Of a DNA stretch of 64,000 nucleotides, positions 12,191 to 24,914 are shown one piece after another (position 1 is the stretch's first letter; every line of letters begins with the position of its first letter). The stretch spans positions 441,819 to 505,818 of the forward strand of contig NIVC01000303.1 of the NCBI GenBank assembly GCA_002269645.1, given 5' to 3'. Position numbers and translations under genes: made by a program. The stretch is from Macrostomum lignano (Eukaryota). The notes under the pieces were generated by a model that worked only from the letters and a program-made list of their open reading frames with translations, made no database searches and had not been told where the DNA came from.

Positions 12191-12514
12191 CTTGTTCTTG
12201 TTTGAGATTGACAGCGGACATACTGGACACGCTACATCGTTGGAATCGGCCATTTCTACGTTGAAGTTGATTTTGCTGTAATTCGGATAATTTTAAGCAA
12301 AAGATGAAAAGATAATAGACACAAATTGAGATTAATCGACTTGTTGAACCGACCCTACAACCGAAACGCGCAACTCAACTTTTATGTCTATGGTGAAGGG
12401 ATTCGATTGGTTTCCGATTAGACCGATTTTGTACAGGCTGCAGCCTAAAATAAAATTTCAATATTCGATGCGATTCAGACAGAGCTTCAATGCTCAATCT
12501 GTTTAGTGCTCAAA

Positions 12515-12815
12515 CACCACTATTAAAACGCTATTTTATATTAAAACGCCACTGTTAAAACACCACTATTAAAACGCTATTGTTAAAACACCGCTACTAT
12601 TGAAAGGCTACTATAAAACGCTACTATTAAAACATGACGATTAAAACAATAGTTTTAAAACACCAGTATTATGAAAACACCACTATTAAAAAACCACTTT
12701 TAAAACGCTACTGTTAAAACGCCACTGTTAAAACGCTACTACTAAAACACTATTATTAAAACGCGACTATTATAACACTATTTTTAAAACGAGACTACTA
12801 AAACGCTACTATTAT
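12515..12815. repeat. Degenerate ~14-17 bp tandem array (TTAAAACGCTACTA-like)
   Basis: About 18-20 imperfect TAAAAC(G/A)C(C/T)ACT units. Confidence 0.85.
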
Positions 12816-12819
12816 TTAA

Positions 12820-12965
12820 ATGCGACCAATTGCTCCGACCAATCGCTCCGACCAAATGCGCCGACCAGCTGCTCCGACCAATCGCTCCTACCAAACCCAC
12901 CGACCAGATGCGCCGACCAGATGCTCCGACCAGATGCTCCTACCAGTAGCTCCGACCAATCGCTC
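12820..12965. repeat. Degenerate ~13 bp tandem array (GCTCCGACCAAT-like)
   Basis: Repeated (G/C)C(T/G)CCGACCA units. Confidence 0.85.
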
Positions 12966-14099
12966 CATCCTCTCATTGACTTGTCTATGTGCATAGGGGA
13001 ATCCGTCACGACTGAGTTGCATGATCGATGCTCTTATATTCTATGGTCTATGAGCTAGGGAAATCCATTAGAGAAGAAGAGGAGCATCTGGTTGGAGCGT
13101 CTGGTATTTGGAGGACCAATCTTAATCAGTCAAAACTAAACTGATGCAGACTGCAGTGGAGCTGAAGATACACAAATTCCTTTCAAGGCTGCAGATTGGC
13201 AAGAAAGATGACACGATCAAAGCATGAGAACCACCATGAGAGTACTACGCAGTGTTTTTTCACTGTTGATTAGTACCTGAATTGGGGTATCAGGCCTCTG
13301 ATTAGTACCCCATTTTGGAGGAGTAATACCCCATGAAATTTCTAATACTTGAATTCTTATAAAAATTGTGATTCTGGCCCAGTCAAATAACTTAATCAAG
13401 ACTATATTCAGAGTTCAAGCACAGCTGCTAATGTTTGCATTATTTTTGTGTCATTCACTGAACAAGCTAGATTTCTAACTTTCGAGTAAGTCAGATGACG
13501 TTGCAGTATTGCATTGACAAGGGCAATGTTACCTATAGTTTACCGTTAAAAATGATTAAATAAAGTAGCGCATTGGCATTTTCATCACAGATCAAGTACT
13601 ATAACTAGACTGCGCATAGGGGAGAGAGAGGCGTGTCTGTTACATGTATGGTGTAGAAAAAATGGTTCCCCGCGAACCCCCCCCTCCGCGATCGATAATG
13701 GAACTAAAGTTGAGGATTTCCCCACTAGCGCTGCCCTTATGCAAGCATTAAGCGCTGCCTAGCGCTGCCCTATACTGCCTGGCTAATTTTATTCATGTGC
13801 GCTCTATAGGATTCATATGATGCATGTTCTCAAAAAATAGCATATATTATTATTTGCTTTTCAAGTGGATAAAATGTCAGTTTCAATAATGAAAAAAATT
13901 GACAACGAAAGAGAAATTATTGACAAAACAGCGACAAGAAAAACAAAATAGCTTGTAATTAAGTCAGCATTAAGCATGCAAAAGTTCAATTAGCAATGGC
14001 TTACCAAAAGAAGATTAGAAAAGTCCAACAACAAGGAAATTTTAGCACGCAATATGTTCACAAGTTACCAGTACGAGTAAGAAAAATAGCTGTCCTCAG

Positions 14100-16110
14100 C
14101 AGATTTTGCATCCTTCCAGACTTGACAGTCGAGAGATCCTTGGCTACCTTCTTCATGCGCACGTTGATGAAAAACTGGCTGAGAACTCGAATTAGGTGCA
14201 GCTTGTGGGATTCAATGCCGATGCTGGAGACAACTGAATGAGAATCCAGATCACCGAGTAGATTGGTTGACAGCCGCAGAATCTTCTGGATGGCGAGTGC
14301 GCTCCGAAAGCTGCAGTCATAGGAGGATCACCGGATAACATACTCTGCATGCAGAAACACTCGGAATGCATCAGCGCTGGGAAACACAAGTCCTCCGCGG
14401 CCTTCGCTATTCGTTGAATTCTTTTGCAGGGCGAGGGAGGACGGAAGGTGCAAATCACCGGAATCAGATAAGCTTGAGCTGCCAAGCAGGGCGCAACGAC
14501 ACGGTGCACAGTCCAGGATCTTCAGCACACTGCGAACCACAGCTCCTCCTATATAGTGCACAACGGACTGGCACATCTCGCAAATTGACGAGGAGCTGCA
14601 GTGCTGAATCGAATCCACACGCTTTCCAACTGAGTTCAGCACAGGCATAGGACTCCGTAGAAGTTGAGAACTGGAATCCGCTGATGACTGCAAACAAAGT
14701 AGAGACAGTTGTACAGTCTCATCCTGCTGTCTGACGTTGGCACCTGCTGATGGAATGATTCCAGTGCCTGCGTGGACCAGCAGCTGGCGAAAAGCAAATC
14801 GGAATTGTCTCGGAGTCGGGTTGTTATTCCATCCCGTTGCGAAGCCGAATGGCGTTAAAAAACAATTCGAGAAAATCTTGGGACAACTTGTATGTCAACA
14901 GGAAAAAAATTCACCAGTTAAAAAAGAAGCTGAGGGAGTGACATCACTGCATGGCTGTTGCCGATGAAGCCGAGAAAGCCAGTTTTCTTTTGAGTGGAAA
15001 TGATTTTCTGACTGCTGACTGTCTCCAGGCTCGCAAGCATACTGATGCAGTCATCGAAGAAGGTCTGCCACTTTTGCTCATTGTCAGCTCTCAGGCCCAT
15101 CTTCAATTTGTAGTTCACAAGCTGTTTTGAATTGAATGCATCGAACAGATCGTTGATGCGTTCGACAGAGTCTGCGGTTTTGAGTACACCAGGATGCTCG
15201 AATCCAGGGAATTGCTTTTGATGGACCCAGCGCAGTGAGTCGGCAACAGACTTTCTGAAGAGCTGTGCGGCGAGATACGTCGTAGACCTTCATTTTTAGA
15301 TTGCTGATATTAATGTGAAACCTGCTCAGCTTATTGCCCAGGCCATGGCGTTCTTGAACTTCCTGTAAAAGGCTCACGTACTGCCATTCAATTCCCCCTT
15401 TACCTGGCCACACAATCGTTCCAAGTGCTTGCCACTGGTTGCGCAGCAGCTTGAGCATGTGAGCCGCATCCAGAAAAGTTGCAACAGAGATCGTCGGGTC
15501 GCACAGGTGCTGGAACGAGGCCCTGATTCCATCAATTGCACCAAGACTAGCGCCAAGGATTTCCATTGCTCTGATATTACGTGAAAGATGCCGCAATGAT
15601 GCCAATCTGATACAAGCGTGCAATGGCCTCTTCAATTACATTGGACAGAAAGTCACTCTTGACGCCATTGACTAAGAAGTAACCAAGAGGCAGCTTCCAG
15701 TAGCTTAGCTTATGGCCGAGTCCAACGGCCATAATTACCAGCGAAGAGGTGGCCTCTTCTTCAGTCACTGCTCCATCGCCCTTGTCCACGTAGCCAAAGA
15801 ACTTGCCTTCACAGGAATCCCACTCGATCAGCTTCTCAAGCGACATTTCATCTGCCACCACATTACAGTAAGCAAATACTTCTGCACCAGGCGAGTTGCG
15901 TGGTCGTGAAAGCTCTTTGAAAGATGATTCGCAAAATTCGGGGAGACATTTGACATTTGATGTCCATCGGCGAAGTGTAGCAGGATGAGGAAGTTGAAAG
16001 TATTTACGCACATACTGGTACGCCTTTGCACTGTAAAAGTGCAATGTCGAGGCAAACTTTTTTACTTCAGGAGAGAATTTCTTTGAGCGCGGATTCTTCT
16101 GGGACACCAA
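14100..16110 (-). pseudogene. P-element / THAP9-like transposase relic, frameshifted, THAP N-terminus missing
   Basis: FASTLHFYSAKAYQYVRKYFQLPHPATLRRW, DEMSL..FFGYVDKG, WKLPLGYFL, DAAHMLKLLRN, KKTGFLGF and VVHYIGGAVVRSVLKILDCAPC occur in order across several frames. Confidence 0.92.
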
Positions 16111-16129
16111 ACTGTTAAGAAGAGAGTTG

Positions 16130-17562
16130 GATGCCAGAAAGTTCAGTCGCGAAGCCTCAGCTGCAGAAAGGACATTCTGTCCGACATTCTGTCACTGACC
16201 ATCAGCCGCTGCTCCGGCTCTATTGTGGCAGCATTCCTACCGGCACCTCGGTGAGAATTAGCAGATGGGCACTTTCGCTGATGCAGTTTAATTTCGAATT
16301 CAGATACAAGCTCTAAAATTTCTCATACCGACGCTCCGTCTTGGCTGTCTTTTCTGAACGGTAAGCAGGACGAAGAACCCCCCCCCCCCCCTAGCTCAGG
16401 CAATCAACTGCGTCACCTTTGAAACTTCGACTATCGACTCGACCCGCGTTGCTTCAGAGTTGGCTCGCGACCCCCTCATGCCCAAGATTTTGAGCCGAAT
16501 TCGCTCAGGTGATTGGAAAGGCTGTTCAGAAGCTAAGTTATCTTTCAGGAAGGTTTCGGAGTGTCTGACGCTCGAGAACGGACTACTGTACATGCGTCAA
16601 TGAGTTTTTATTCCTATGCGTCTTCGGAGAGAGGCCTTTAATGCCATCCACGACACCCACTCAGGTGTGGCTGCAGCCTATAGCCTTCTTTCGCTATCGT
16701 GCTGGTGGCCCGGCATGCAGAAGGACGTCGAGCAGTTCGTGCACCAATGTTCCGTCTGCAATCGACTGTGGCCACGCCTATTGAAAATGAGGGATCACTG
16801 GCCACCCGCAACAAGATCATTCCAGAGGGTCCACACTGACTGGGCATTCGTACAAGAAGCAGGAAATCTACTAATTGTGGTTGACGCATACTCGGGTTGG
16901 ATCGAAGCTTTTCCTTCACCGGAGAGGTCCGTAGTGAAATTCTTGAGAACGGTTTTCACTCGGTTTGGCGTACCACAGCTCGTCGTTTCTGACAATGGGG
17001 CAGAGTTCACATCTGAAACCCTGCTATCCTGGCTTCGGACTAATGGAGCGCAAAAAATGGAAACACCCTCTTACTCGCCGCAGTCGAATGGCACAGCTGA
17101 AAGAGCCGTTCAGATTGTAAAAAGGGCTTTGCAAGCTTGGACCCAGCGACCAACCCACTCCGATTTCACCGCTTTTCTGCAGAAAGTCCTTCTGGCCACC
17201 ATCGCAATTCATCCAACTCGCGTGATGCGACGCCTGCTGAACTGGTCTTTGGTCGTCGGCTGCGCGTCCCGGTAGTTTCGACCTTCCAGCAAGGTGACCT
17301 CGTTGGCTACAAGGCAAAAGCGGACACTTTCACCAGAGATGCCGAATTTCTGATGACCCTGGGACAAAAAACCTCCTAGTTGCTCGCGGACAACTCACTA
17401 CGCTTGGTCAGCAACAGCCAACTCGCGCTTCGCACTTTTACTGATGAAGAGACCGATAAGACGGGTGTGGACGGAGATGCAGCAGAGCCACAGGTTGCAC
17501 AAGCCATACCGACACGGAGGAGCAAGCGAATTCGAAGGGAACCCGACCGCTACACGGCATAG
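16130..17562 (+). mobile_element. Gypsy-type LTR retrotransposon pol fragment (RNase H end + integrase)
   Basis: TDHQPL..RISRWAL; zinc-binding HDTHSG..CWWPGM..CSVC; integrase core LIVVDAYSGWIE..VSDNGAEFTS..SPQSNGTAERAVQ; C-terminal RRSKRIRREPDRY. Confidence 0.9.
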
Positions 17563-17829
17563 AATCTGACACTAAGCCATCCCAACGAACCAGTTTAATA
17601 ACTCACTATGTTGTATCACAGACTGCTTTAAGCTCAGATCAGACCACGTAATCAGGCTCCCAGACGCTCTCCCCAGTTTCTAATCGTCGTTATAATCTAA
17701 GAAGGGTTTTTCTCCGGTGGGGGGCATGACATAGATCGGCGTGAGAGGCAACGTTTTGACTTTATATAAAAATTGAAATTCTGGGCTCGTTCCTGGCCTC
17801 ACCGCATGTAATTACTTCTAACGAGTCAT

Positions 17830-17993
17830 CACAGTCCCAGTGCGTGACAACAATTGTCTGGCGAGCGCCGGTAGGCAATATACACATTGCTATGGGCCCG
17901 CAATGACACTCAATGTTGAAATTCGTGGGTGCGAAAGTCAGACACGTATACCACTGAGCTACTTGTGCTTCACCCTCATGCCTCCGACATCGC

Positions 17994-18073
<80 letters not shown>

Positions 18074-18284
18074 CCAGAATTATTAACGACTGATCTGTCC
18101 CCACAATGGGTCTTTCAACGACTGTTTCACTGCCGATCGAAATCTCCGTTTTGCGTCTGTCGAGGAACTGAATGAATTAAGAGTTAGGCCTCTTGCTCAA
18201 GGAAAAATTGTTTCCGTGGGATCGGGAATCGAACCCTCGACTTTCAAGTCGTGAGTGCGACGCTCTAAACACTAGACTGCAACC
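17830..18284 (-). mobile_element. tRNA-derived SINE
   Basis: On the minus strand, a head with A-box-like GTCTAGTGTTTAGAG and B-box GGTTCGATTCC, followed by a CCTTGAGCAAG core typical of SINE bodies. The 3' limit is approximate. Confidence 0.6.
17998..18075. repeat. (CCTG)n microsatellite, ~19 units
   Basis: Perfect tetranucleotide run. Confidence 0.97.
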
Positions 18285-18413
18285 TTCTCCATCTCATTCT
18301 AGTTTCTTGTAGTACTAGGGGCTCCTCATAATGGTATTTGGTCGGGCCATTCAAAACAAACGCAAACTATTACTGCAGACTATCCTACGACAGTGTCGTA
18401 ACGTCTATTTCTC

Positions 18414-19380
18414 CTTCTTCTTCTTCTTCGGGCGTGCTCGGGCCAGGGCCCATGGCACCGGGCGTCAGATGGCGCCCGCCTTCCCGAGGAAGTTCAACAC
18501 CGCGACGCAGTTCTCGAAAACTGCCGCGGGCTCCGGGCTTGGCCCCCAGAGGCGGCAGCGGTGTGATGTCAGGGCGGGGCAGGAGATCAGCAGATGGGCC
18601 GCCGTCTCCTCTCCATCGCCACAGAAGCGGCAGGTGGGGGCCACGTCAACGCCGATGGCGGCCTGGAAGCCCCGCAGGGCCGGGCAGCGGTCGGCGCGCA
18701 GCTGGCAGATCAGCCGCTCCTGCCGCCGCGTGAGGTCGCTTGTCGGCTGAGGCGGCAGGCGGCCCGCCGTGCAGGCAAGGTGCCAGGCAAGCGAGCTCGT
18801 GCTCGCCGCCTCGGTGGCCGCCGCGTTGTAGATCTGGTGCCAGCGGGCGAGGCAGTAGCGGCGGACGGCAGCCTGCGCGGCAGCTAGCGGTACGGGCGCG
18901 GTGCCTTGCGCCAGCGTGGTGCCTTGCTTGGCGATCTCGTCCACGGCCTCGTTGCCTGGGATTCCCGCGTGGCCAGGCACCCACTGCAGGTGGACCGAGG
19001 TTCCCCGGGCCGCGAGGTCGGCGAGGCTGCCCCAGACGGCGTCGATCATGGTGGCGCCCGTCGACCCGGGGCCGGACGCGAGCGCGCTAAGCGCGCTCAG
19101 GGAGTCGGAGCAGATGCGGACCGGCGACAGCTCTGCCGGGTCCGGGGCCGCGAGCACCCACCGAAGGGCCTCAGCGATGGCCACTAACTCGGCGTGGAAG
19201 CTGGACGTCACATGGCCAGCAGCGACGCACAGCGTCGTGTTGGGCTCGACCAGGACGCCACTGCCGCCGTCCAGGATGCCGTCCTTCGCCGCTCCGTCGG
19301 TCCAGATCACGGTGCTGGCGGGCGGCAGGGCGACAAGTGTCTGCTGCGCCGCGGCTCTCCGGGCCTCCGGCAGGTCCCCC
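18414..19380 (-). mobile_element. Young 5'-truncated ingi/I-like non-LTR retrotransposon (RNase H + CCHC knuckle), 9-bp TSD
   Basis: Open frame with WTDG, AELVAI, SDSLSAL, WVPGHAGIPGNEAVD and CRFCGDGEETAAHLLISC. (GAA)n tail. CTATTTCTC at 18405-18413 and 19381-19389. Strongly GC-rich relative to the flanks. Confidence 0.93.
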
Positions 19381-19823
19381 CTATTTCTCGGGGAATTAGA
19401 TGGCGAATTTATGTCAAACACAGCCAATGTTTGGAGAAATGGTGAAACAACAGCAATACGTATTCGAATCCTTTTAAAAACAGATTCACGCAGGCCAAAT
19501 GTTGCCTAGAAAATTGGTATTCACGATCCATAAGGATGATACAAGAGTAAATAGCAACATGTTTTCGTCTTTTCGATCAAAGTGACTTTGACTGAAGCTC
19601 TAAGAAAGCAGAAAAATATTCACAAAGAAGAGCTAAGCTACGTTCGTATGCAAACGGCGGAAAAGCGCACAAAAACAATCGATCTAATATAAATCATTGG
19701 ACAGATTCATAAAAAATCCTAAGTCGACAGCCGTTTTCCGACTTGCGATCGTAGCAGAATTCACCAACAGTTAGCCCGAGATCAGACTCATACTGTTAAG
19801 TTGCAAGGTTTAAAGCGCTTGAG

Positions 19824-21213
19824 ATGAATCATTTTAAATATTTTGGGGATCCAGATGGTAAGCAGCCCAGTTTTATTGCCTCGGTTTAACCATTTGTAGA
19901 CAATTCCTACCGATAGTACTGAGAACCAAAACGTGAATTCGAATTCGCTTGCAGGATACGCGAGATTTCTGCAGAGAATCTACAACAACACTCGCACAGA
20001 GGAGTTCATAACCGGACAATACAGCCATTTAGTGCGACTATATTTGACAGCGTTTATGAAATTTGGAATCGGGATTTCCAAGGCCATCGGCTTCCCAGCA
20101 GGCCTGCTGCTGCAGATCCTCACCGTCATTTTCCTGGTTCGCGGAAACACCGGCTTCTCTCTGTCAGCCAGAAAGTGGTTCCTGCTAGTCGTCAGTGCGA
20201 ACATTGCGGGCACCTTGTACCGCGCATACGAAATGATCACTGATGATTTTTTCACTTCCAGTCCTTACGTGCACAGTGGTCCCGGATATGATCTTCAGTT
20301 AATCATGTGGGGCCTGCGGTCTAAAGACCACAGATTCCTCCAGAATGTAATGTGCAGAGTGTTCTTCATCATCCTCTACTTCCCACTGTACCTGTCTCCG
20401 TTCGCTCTGACCATCAGCTCGCTACTGCGCTGCTACTGCATCAAATATCCGCTGGTTGCCAAGGCCCACCTGACCAAGAGACTCGACCTGATTTTGATTC
20501 TCGCGGCGTCGCTGCTTGCTCTGGTTGTGGCGGTCGTGTTCGGCGCTCTGATTATAGACGGCTGGAACAATACGCGAATTTTAACTACTGTCCGCGGAAT
20601 TCAAGTTTATCTTGGAACGTGCAGTGTCCCGTCTTTTCAGACGCTAAGTACTGATAAAGAGCTTCAGTTTATTGGTTTTGTTTTCATGCTAGTAGTGGCC
20701 TTCTTCATATGCTTTCTGAACATGCTGTCTGCTACTATCATAATCATAGTGCTGTTTCAGTCGAAAAAGAAGAGAGCTGTGCTGGCAATGAGTGGCAGTG
20801 AAGGAGCTGACGCAGTGAACATAGAGGCTCGAGCGACCGTCAGGCTGCTGGGGATGAACGTCACGCTGTTGTTGTGTTTCTTCTTCTCCCGACTGCTGCT
20901 GGTGGTCAGCACGCAGGTGGAGGTTGTGGTGGATCCTGTTCTCTGTGAGTACTGTTTTTACATAAAACATTATTTTCTCAATTTGAACCAGTACAGGTCG
21001 TAATTTTGTATTGGTGCTTTGTGCAATAAACAATGTAAACAAATTTCAGATGCCGTCTCTGAACGACTGGCGGCTATGCTGTTCCACATTCCATACTTTA
21101 CGAACTCGCTGTTCATAGCCGGTCTGTCCAGAAGCTTTTACCAGTTTCTGTTTCCCTGCATCGGAAACTCAAAGCCGAAGCTGACTTCCTTCGATAGTCA
21201 GAAGACATACTGA
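19824..21213 (+). CDS. Rhodopsin-class 7TM GPCR, 395 aa; join(19824..19857,19955..20944,21050..21213)
   Basis: Seven hydrophobic segments, TM3-end LRCYCIKYP (DRY-equivalent) and an ECL2 Cys. GT-AG introns in compatible phases give 1188 nt. The same exon structure is seen in the paralog at 35009-36342. Confidence 0.9.
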
Positions 21214-22453
21214 AAGACCAGCTATTTTTAATAGATATAGCTATAGACTTTCAGAAATATAAATGTAGAACTTTGGATTTTTTCAGTTGGGTGAGGAAAC
21301 GAACGTATTCAAAACTGTTAAAATTATATTTTTATAATATTTTTATTCCAAAAAGATTAGCTACCACATCGTTCTTTTATGTTCGTTTCAACTTTTCAGC
21401 TGTTCAGCTTAGAAAGGGTTTCTATAGCTAGAGAGATTCTAGCTTGTAATTCAAGTTAACCAGTATTACTTCTTCGGCCTTGAAAGATTCGAAACAAATT
21501 AATTTTATTGCTAACTTCAGAGCTAGCTTGACTTGCTAATGGGAATCAATAAAAGTGAGTGTATGTGTGCCTGTGTGACACAGTTGAAAAAAATAACCGT
21601 TGGACCGATTTTCTTCTCCATTTTTGTACCATCTGTAATGGTATTACATCTGTAGCAATGTAATGGTCAATGTAATGTTATGTCTGTAATGGTATTTTCT
21701 GTTTGAGTTAATGAAAGTGCCTCTAGAGGTGAATAACAGGTCCTTTCCCTATGTAATCAATTTATATTTTCTGCAGTGAGGGCTGATATGGTTGACAAGC
21801 ATGAAAAAATTCACCGCTCAAGTTACAGCTCCTGCAACCATCAACGAAAAAATCTCCAGCCATCGCTCCTTTTGCCTGTGCGCCTCGTCTACTCCCCCCC
21901 CCCCAGTGTAACGGTTTGATAATTCTGAATTTGAAGCGATTGTGTTTCTTTAAACTTTAGTTGAATCAAATGCTATTATGCTGTTATAGTTGTGTACGTA
22001 ACTTTATTCTAGGGTTCTAATGATATGTTTTCATGTTTTGTTTAAGTAAATTTCGTTTCAAAGAAATGAGACTCATGTTTCGGCGTACAACTTATAGTAT
22101 TTTCCTTAAACGTGTGGCAGCCTTGGAAGTAGATCTCAGCTGTACATTAAAAAAACCGCTACACGTGATAAATACGTAATCAGAGCGTCATTTTGCGCAT
22201 CTAGTAATAAGACAGAAGGATTTCTAGCCTAGTTAACGTCCAGGTCTGACAGGCGTACAGCTGCTCAACCATATATGCTGCTAATACTAATAGTCCCGGA
22301 CTGTGCTAAGTGATATAAAATATATATATATAATATACATAATATATAAATGCAACAAATTCAGTTGTTCTTACTGGAACAGGGTATACCCAGACGCTCA
22401 TTCAAAAAGTACACATTTGTGGGACCGTAGAAGTTGAGTACTGGAACACCTCA

Positions 22454-22850
22454 CTTCTGGTGCAGCGACACAGCGGATGCTTTGTCTACTCCAGCGTCAG
22501 CAGGCCTCTTGCCGACGGCCTGCGCCTGGAGCCTGCGGTCGAAAGCAGTCTCGACCTTTGGCGTAGCCACTGCGTGATACAGCACACTCGACATCATTTG
22601 CTTGTCGTTCCTCACATCGATGTAGGCGTGGTCGGTCTTGTCACTGATGCGACCCGTTTTCATGCAGGCTAATTCCTTGATCACGCCGCCATCCAAAAGG
22701 AATCTCTTGCTGTTGGTAACGACCACCGTAGGATCCACCGAGGGAAGCAGCAACATTGGAGTGCATCGGTACCATGTCTGAAGTTGTGGTCTTGAAAGGC
22801 CTTAGGTAGAACGCCTCATGGCCTGTGGCGCCGTGACCAGTTAATATTCA
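22454..22850 (-). pseudogene. Possible frameshifted exon encoding a methyl-CpG-binding-domain-like segment
   Basis: IPFGW in one frame, continued by IKELACMKTGRISDKTDHAYID in another after a 7-nt offset. The spacing matches the MBD pattern LPxGW-x7-K(S/T)G-x4-KxD. A possible donor (GTGAG) lies at ~22453. Confidence 0.35.
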
Positions 22851-23958
22851 CCTTCTTGAGCCTGCCCACAGGTAGGCTTAAGTTCACTAAGAACGAACTT
22901 AGTCACCCGGAGATCGGCAGCAGTGCTCGTACTTTGGATAGATCCCTACTCGTCAGCGCTCAACGAAACGAGAATAGAATCAACGTCTGCAGGACTGAGT
23001 CCTCGATTGGTTTTGGATTGTTGGAAAAAGAGATGATTTGAGAGAATCTTCATTGCTAGCTTCTCAATATAACAATCGCGCGTATTCTACTGGGCACCCT
23101 TATAAATCGGATGAGGCTTTGTACCATAGACAGCCGTGTCAGACATGGATAGCGGAGATAACCCATTGTATCTTATGCACAGCGATGGAGCAATAACAAT
23201 CTTAAATGGATATCAAAACTTTCAAGTCAAAAACCATAAATAACACGTTTAATAACCCAAAAAGAATAAACGGCGCAAACTAGCTGTGCATGATGTGCAT
23301 TGGCCATCCAATCCTTCGAGAAGTAGGCGTTGACACACTGTAGTAGGGTTATATTCAGTAGTAGTTCACGGCTGTTTTGCATGGCCAGTTAAGGGTCGAC
23401 GCAAATACCACTAGCTATGAGTAGTCCCCGTGCAGTACTACAAACAGTTAGAGTGGTATGAAGTAGCGGAGTATACGTAGCAGTTGACAATAGGAAAGGA
23501 ATTGAGTGGTATTTTTGAGATTGTAGACGCTTAAATCGCATCCCTGCTCCCGGTTGATAAAAATCTGAGCTCAAGTTTCCACAACCGTTGAACAAAAGAT
23601 CCACCGCGTCAAATTGGTTTGCGTGCAAGTAGTTGTCATGAAGGGAGTTCTGGTGCAAATTCTCTCCGCAAATTTTCGGGACAAAAACCACCCCCTTTCT
23701 GGTGCAACAAAAAATCAACATCTACTAAAATCTATTTAAACATAATGCCCTAACACCTAAACCCAACCATTCCATCGCAATACTTTCAACTACTGATCTA
23801 AACGGGATAATAGTTGTCATGATGGGGCTTCTGGGGGACAAAACCAAGTCACCCTTAGATCAGCATCTACTAATATCTATTGACACACAAAGCTCTTATA
23901 TTTAAAACTAATACTAATAGTAAGTATGTAAATTACATGATGTAATATTTAATAGCTA

Positions 23959-24839
23959 CAGTGTTGGGCACCAGTCCGTTAATAAGCGTTAATCCGTTAA
24001 TAAGCGTTAATAAGCGTTAAGATTTTTCATTAACGTTAACGGACTGTCGTTAAGATTTTTTTGAACTAACGGATTAACGAATTTGCGTTAAAAATTTTGT
24101 GAATTAACGATAAATTCATCGTTAACGGTAGTGTCTATGTCAATGACCAAAGACGCAAAGAAGGAACGAAAAATAGAAGTCTTACAAGAAGTTTAAACAT
24201 TACGAACGTATTTGAGCTTACCTATATGCCTAAATATAATCTCTTTATTTATGACGATAATCATACAGACGTACATGTTATTAACAACTTCTTACAAATA
24301 AATTTTAAAATAATGAATTAAAATAGTGTGAAACTTTATTTCTTGCGCGTGAGCATCGATCGCTTTGATTCACTTCTGTCCCAATCTTTCGCAACTTTCT
24401 GCTGCACCTGCTAATGGTACTGAAACAACCTTCCTATGCGTATTTAATTATGAATTTCTCGTTATTAGCTTTTAAGTTTCAAATAAAATAAGTTATTTTT
24501 TACCATATGCTTTACTTTTAGTAGTATTATGCATGCAAGTTTTTTAAAATGATTATTTATTGCTTTTTTAGCTTTCAAATCGCTAGGATGACCTCTGTGT
24601 TTCGCTAAAAAGATGGATTAGCAAAGACGTGCATTACGAAGTCTGTTTTGTAAAAAACGTGCAAGATTTCCGTATTTTCTGTGTTAACTTTAACGGATTA
24701 ACGCTTATTAACGATTATCAGTTAACTTTCAGTTAACTTAACGAAATTAGGAGTTAAAAAGTTAAGATTTTTTTGTTTTAACGCTAACGCTTTTGCTATT
24801 AACGGAAGTTAAGATTTTCATTAACGGTGCCCAACACTG
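23959..24839. mobile_element. hAT-family MITE, 881 bp
   Basis: TIR CAGTGTTGGGCAC / GTGCCCAACACTG, a perfect 8-bp TSD AATAGCTA, and many subterminal TAACG/CGTTA motifs. Confidence 0.95.
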
Positions 24840-24914
24840 AATAGCTAATAGCTTGACTTTAAATTATAAAGCTTAAAAAACATTCAAATATTCTATGCAT
24901 CCGAAAACCGCAAT

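Noticed and set aside
18200-18284. Functional tRNA gene
   Set aside because: A and B boxes are present, but I could not fold a convincing acceptor stem and the sequence continues into a SINE-type core.
18331-19509. Several overlapping ORFs on both strands
   Set aside because: They are shadow frames of the GC-rich RNase H coding sequence. The 320-aa ORF's first 16 codons come from flanking DNA with a TTG start, so it is not a real fusion gene.
19933-21003. Single-exon 356-aa GPCR as given in the ORF track
   Set aside because: It starts and ends inside introns and lacks TM7. The spliced three-exon model restores TM7 and matches the paralog.
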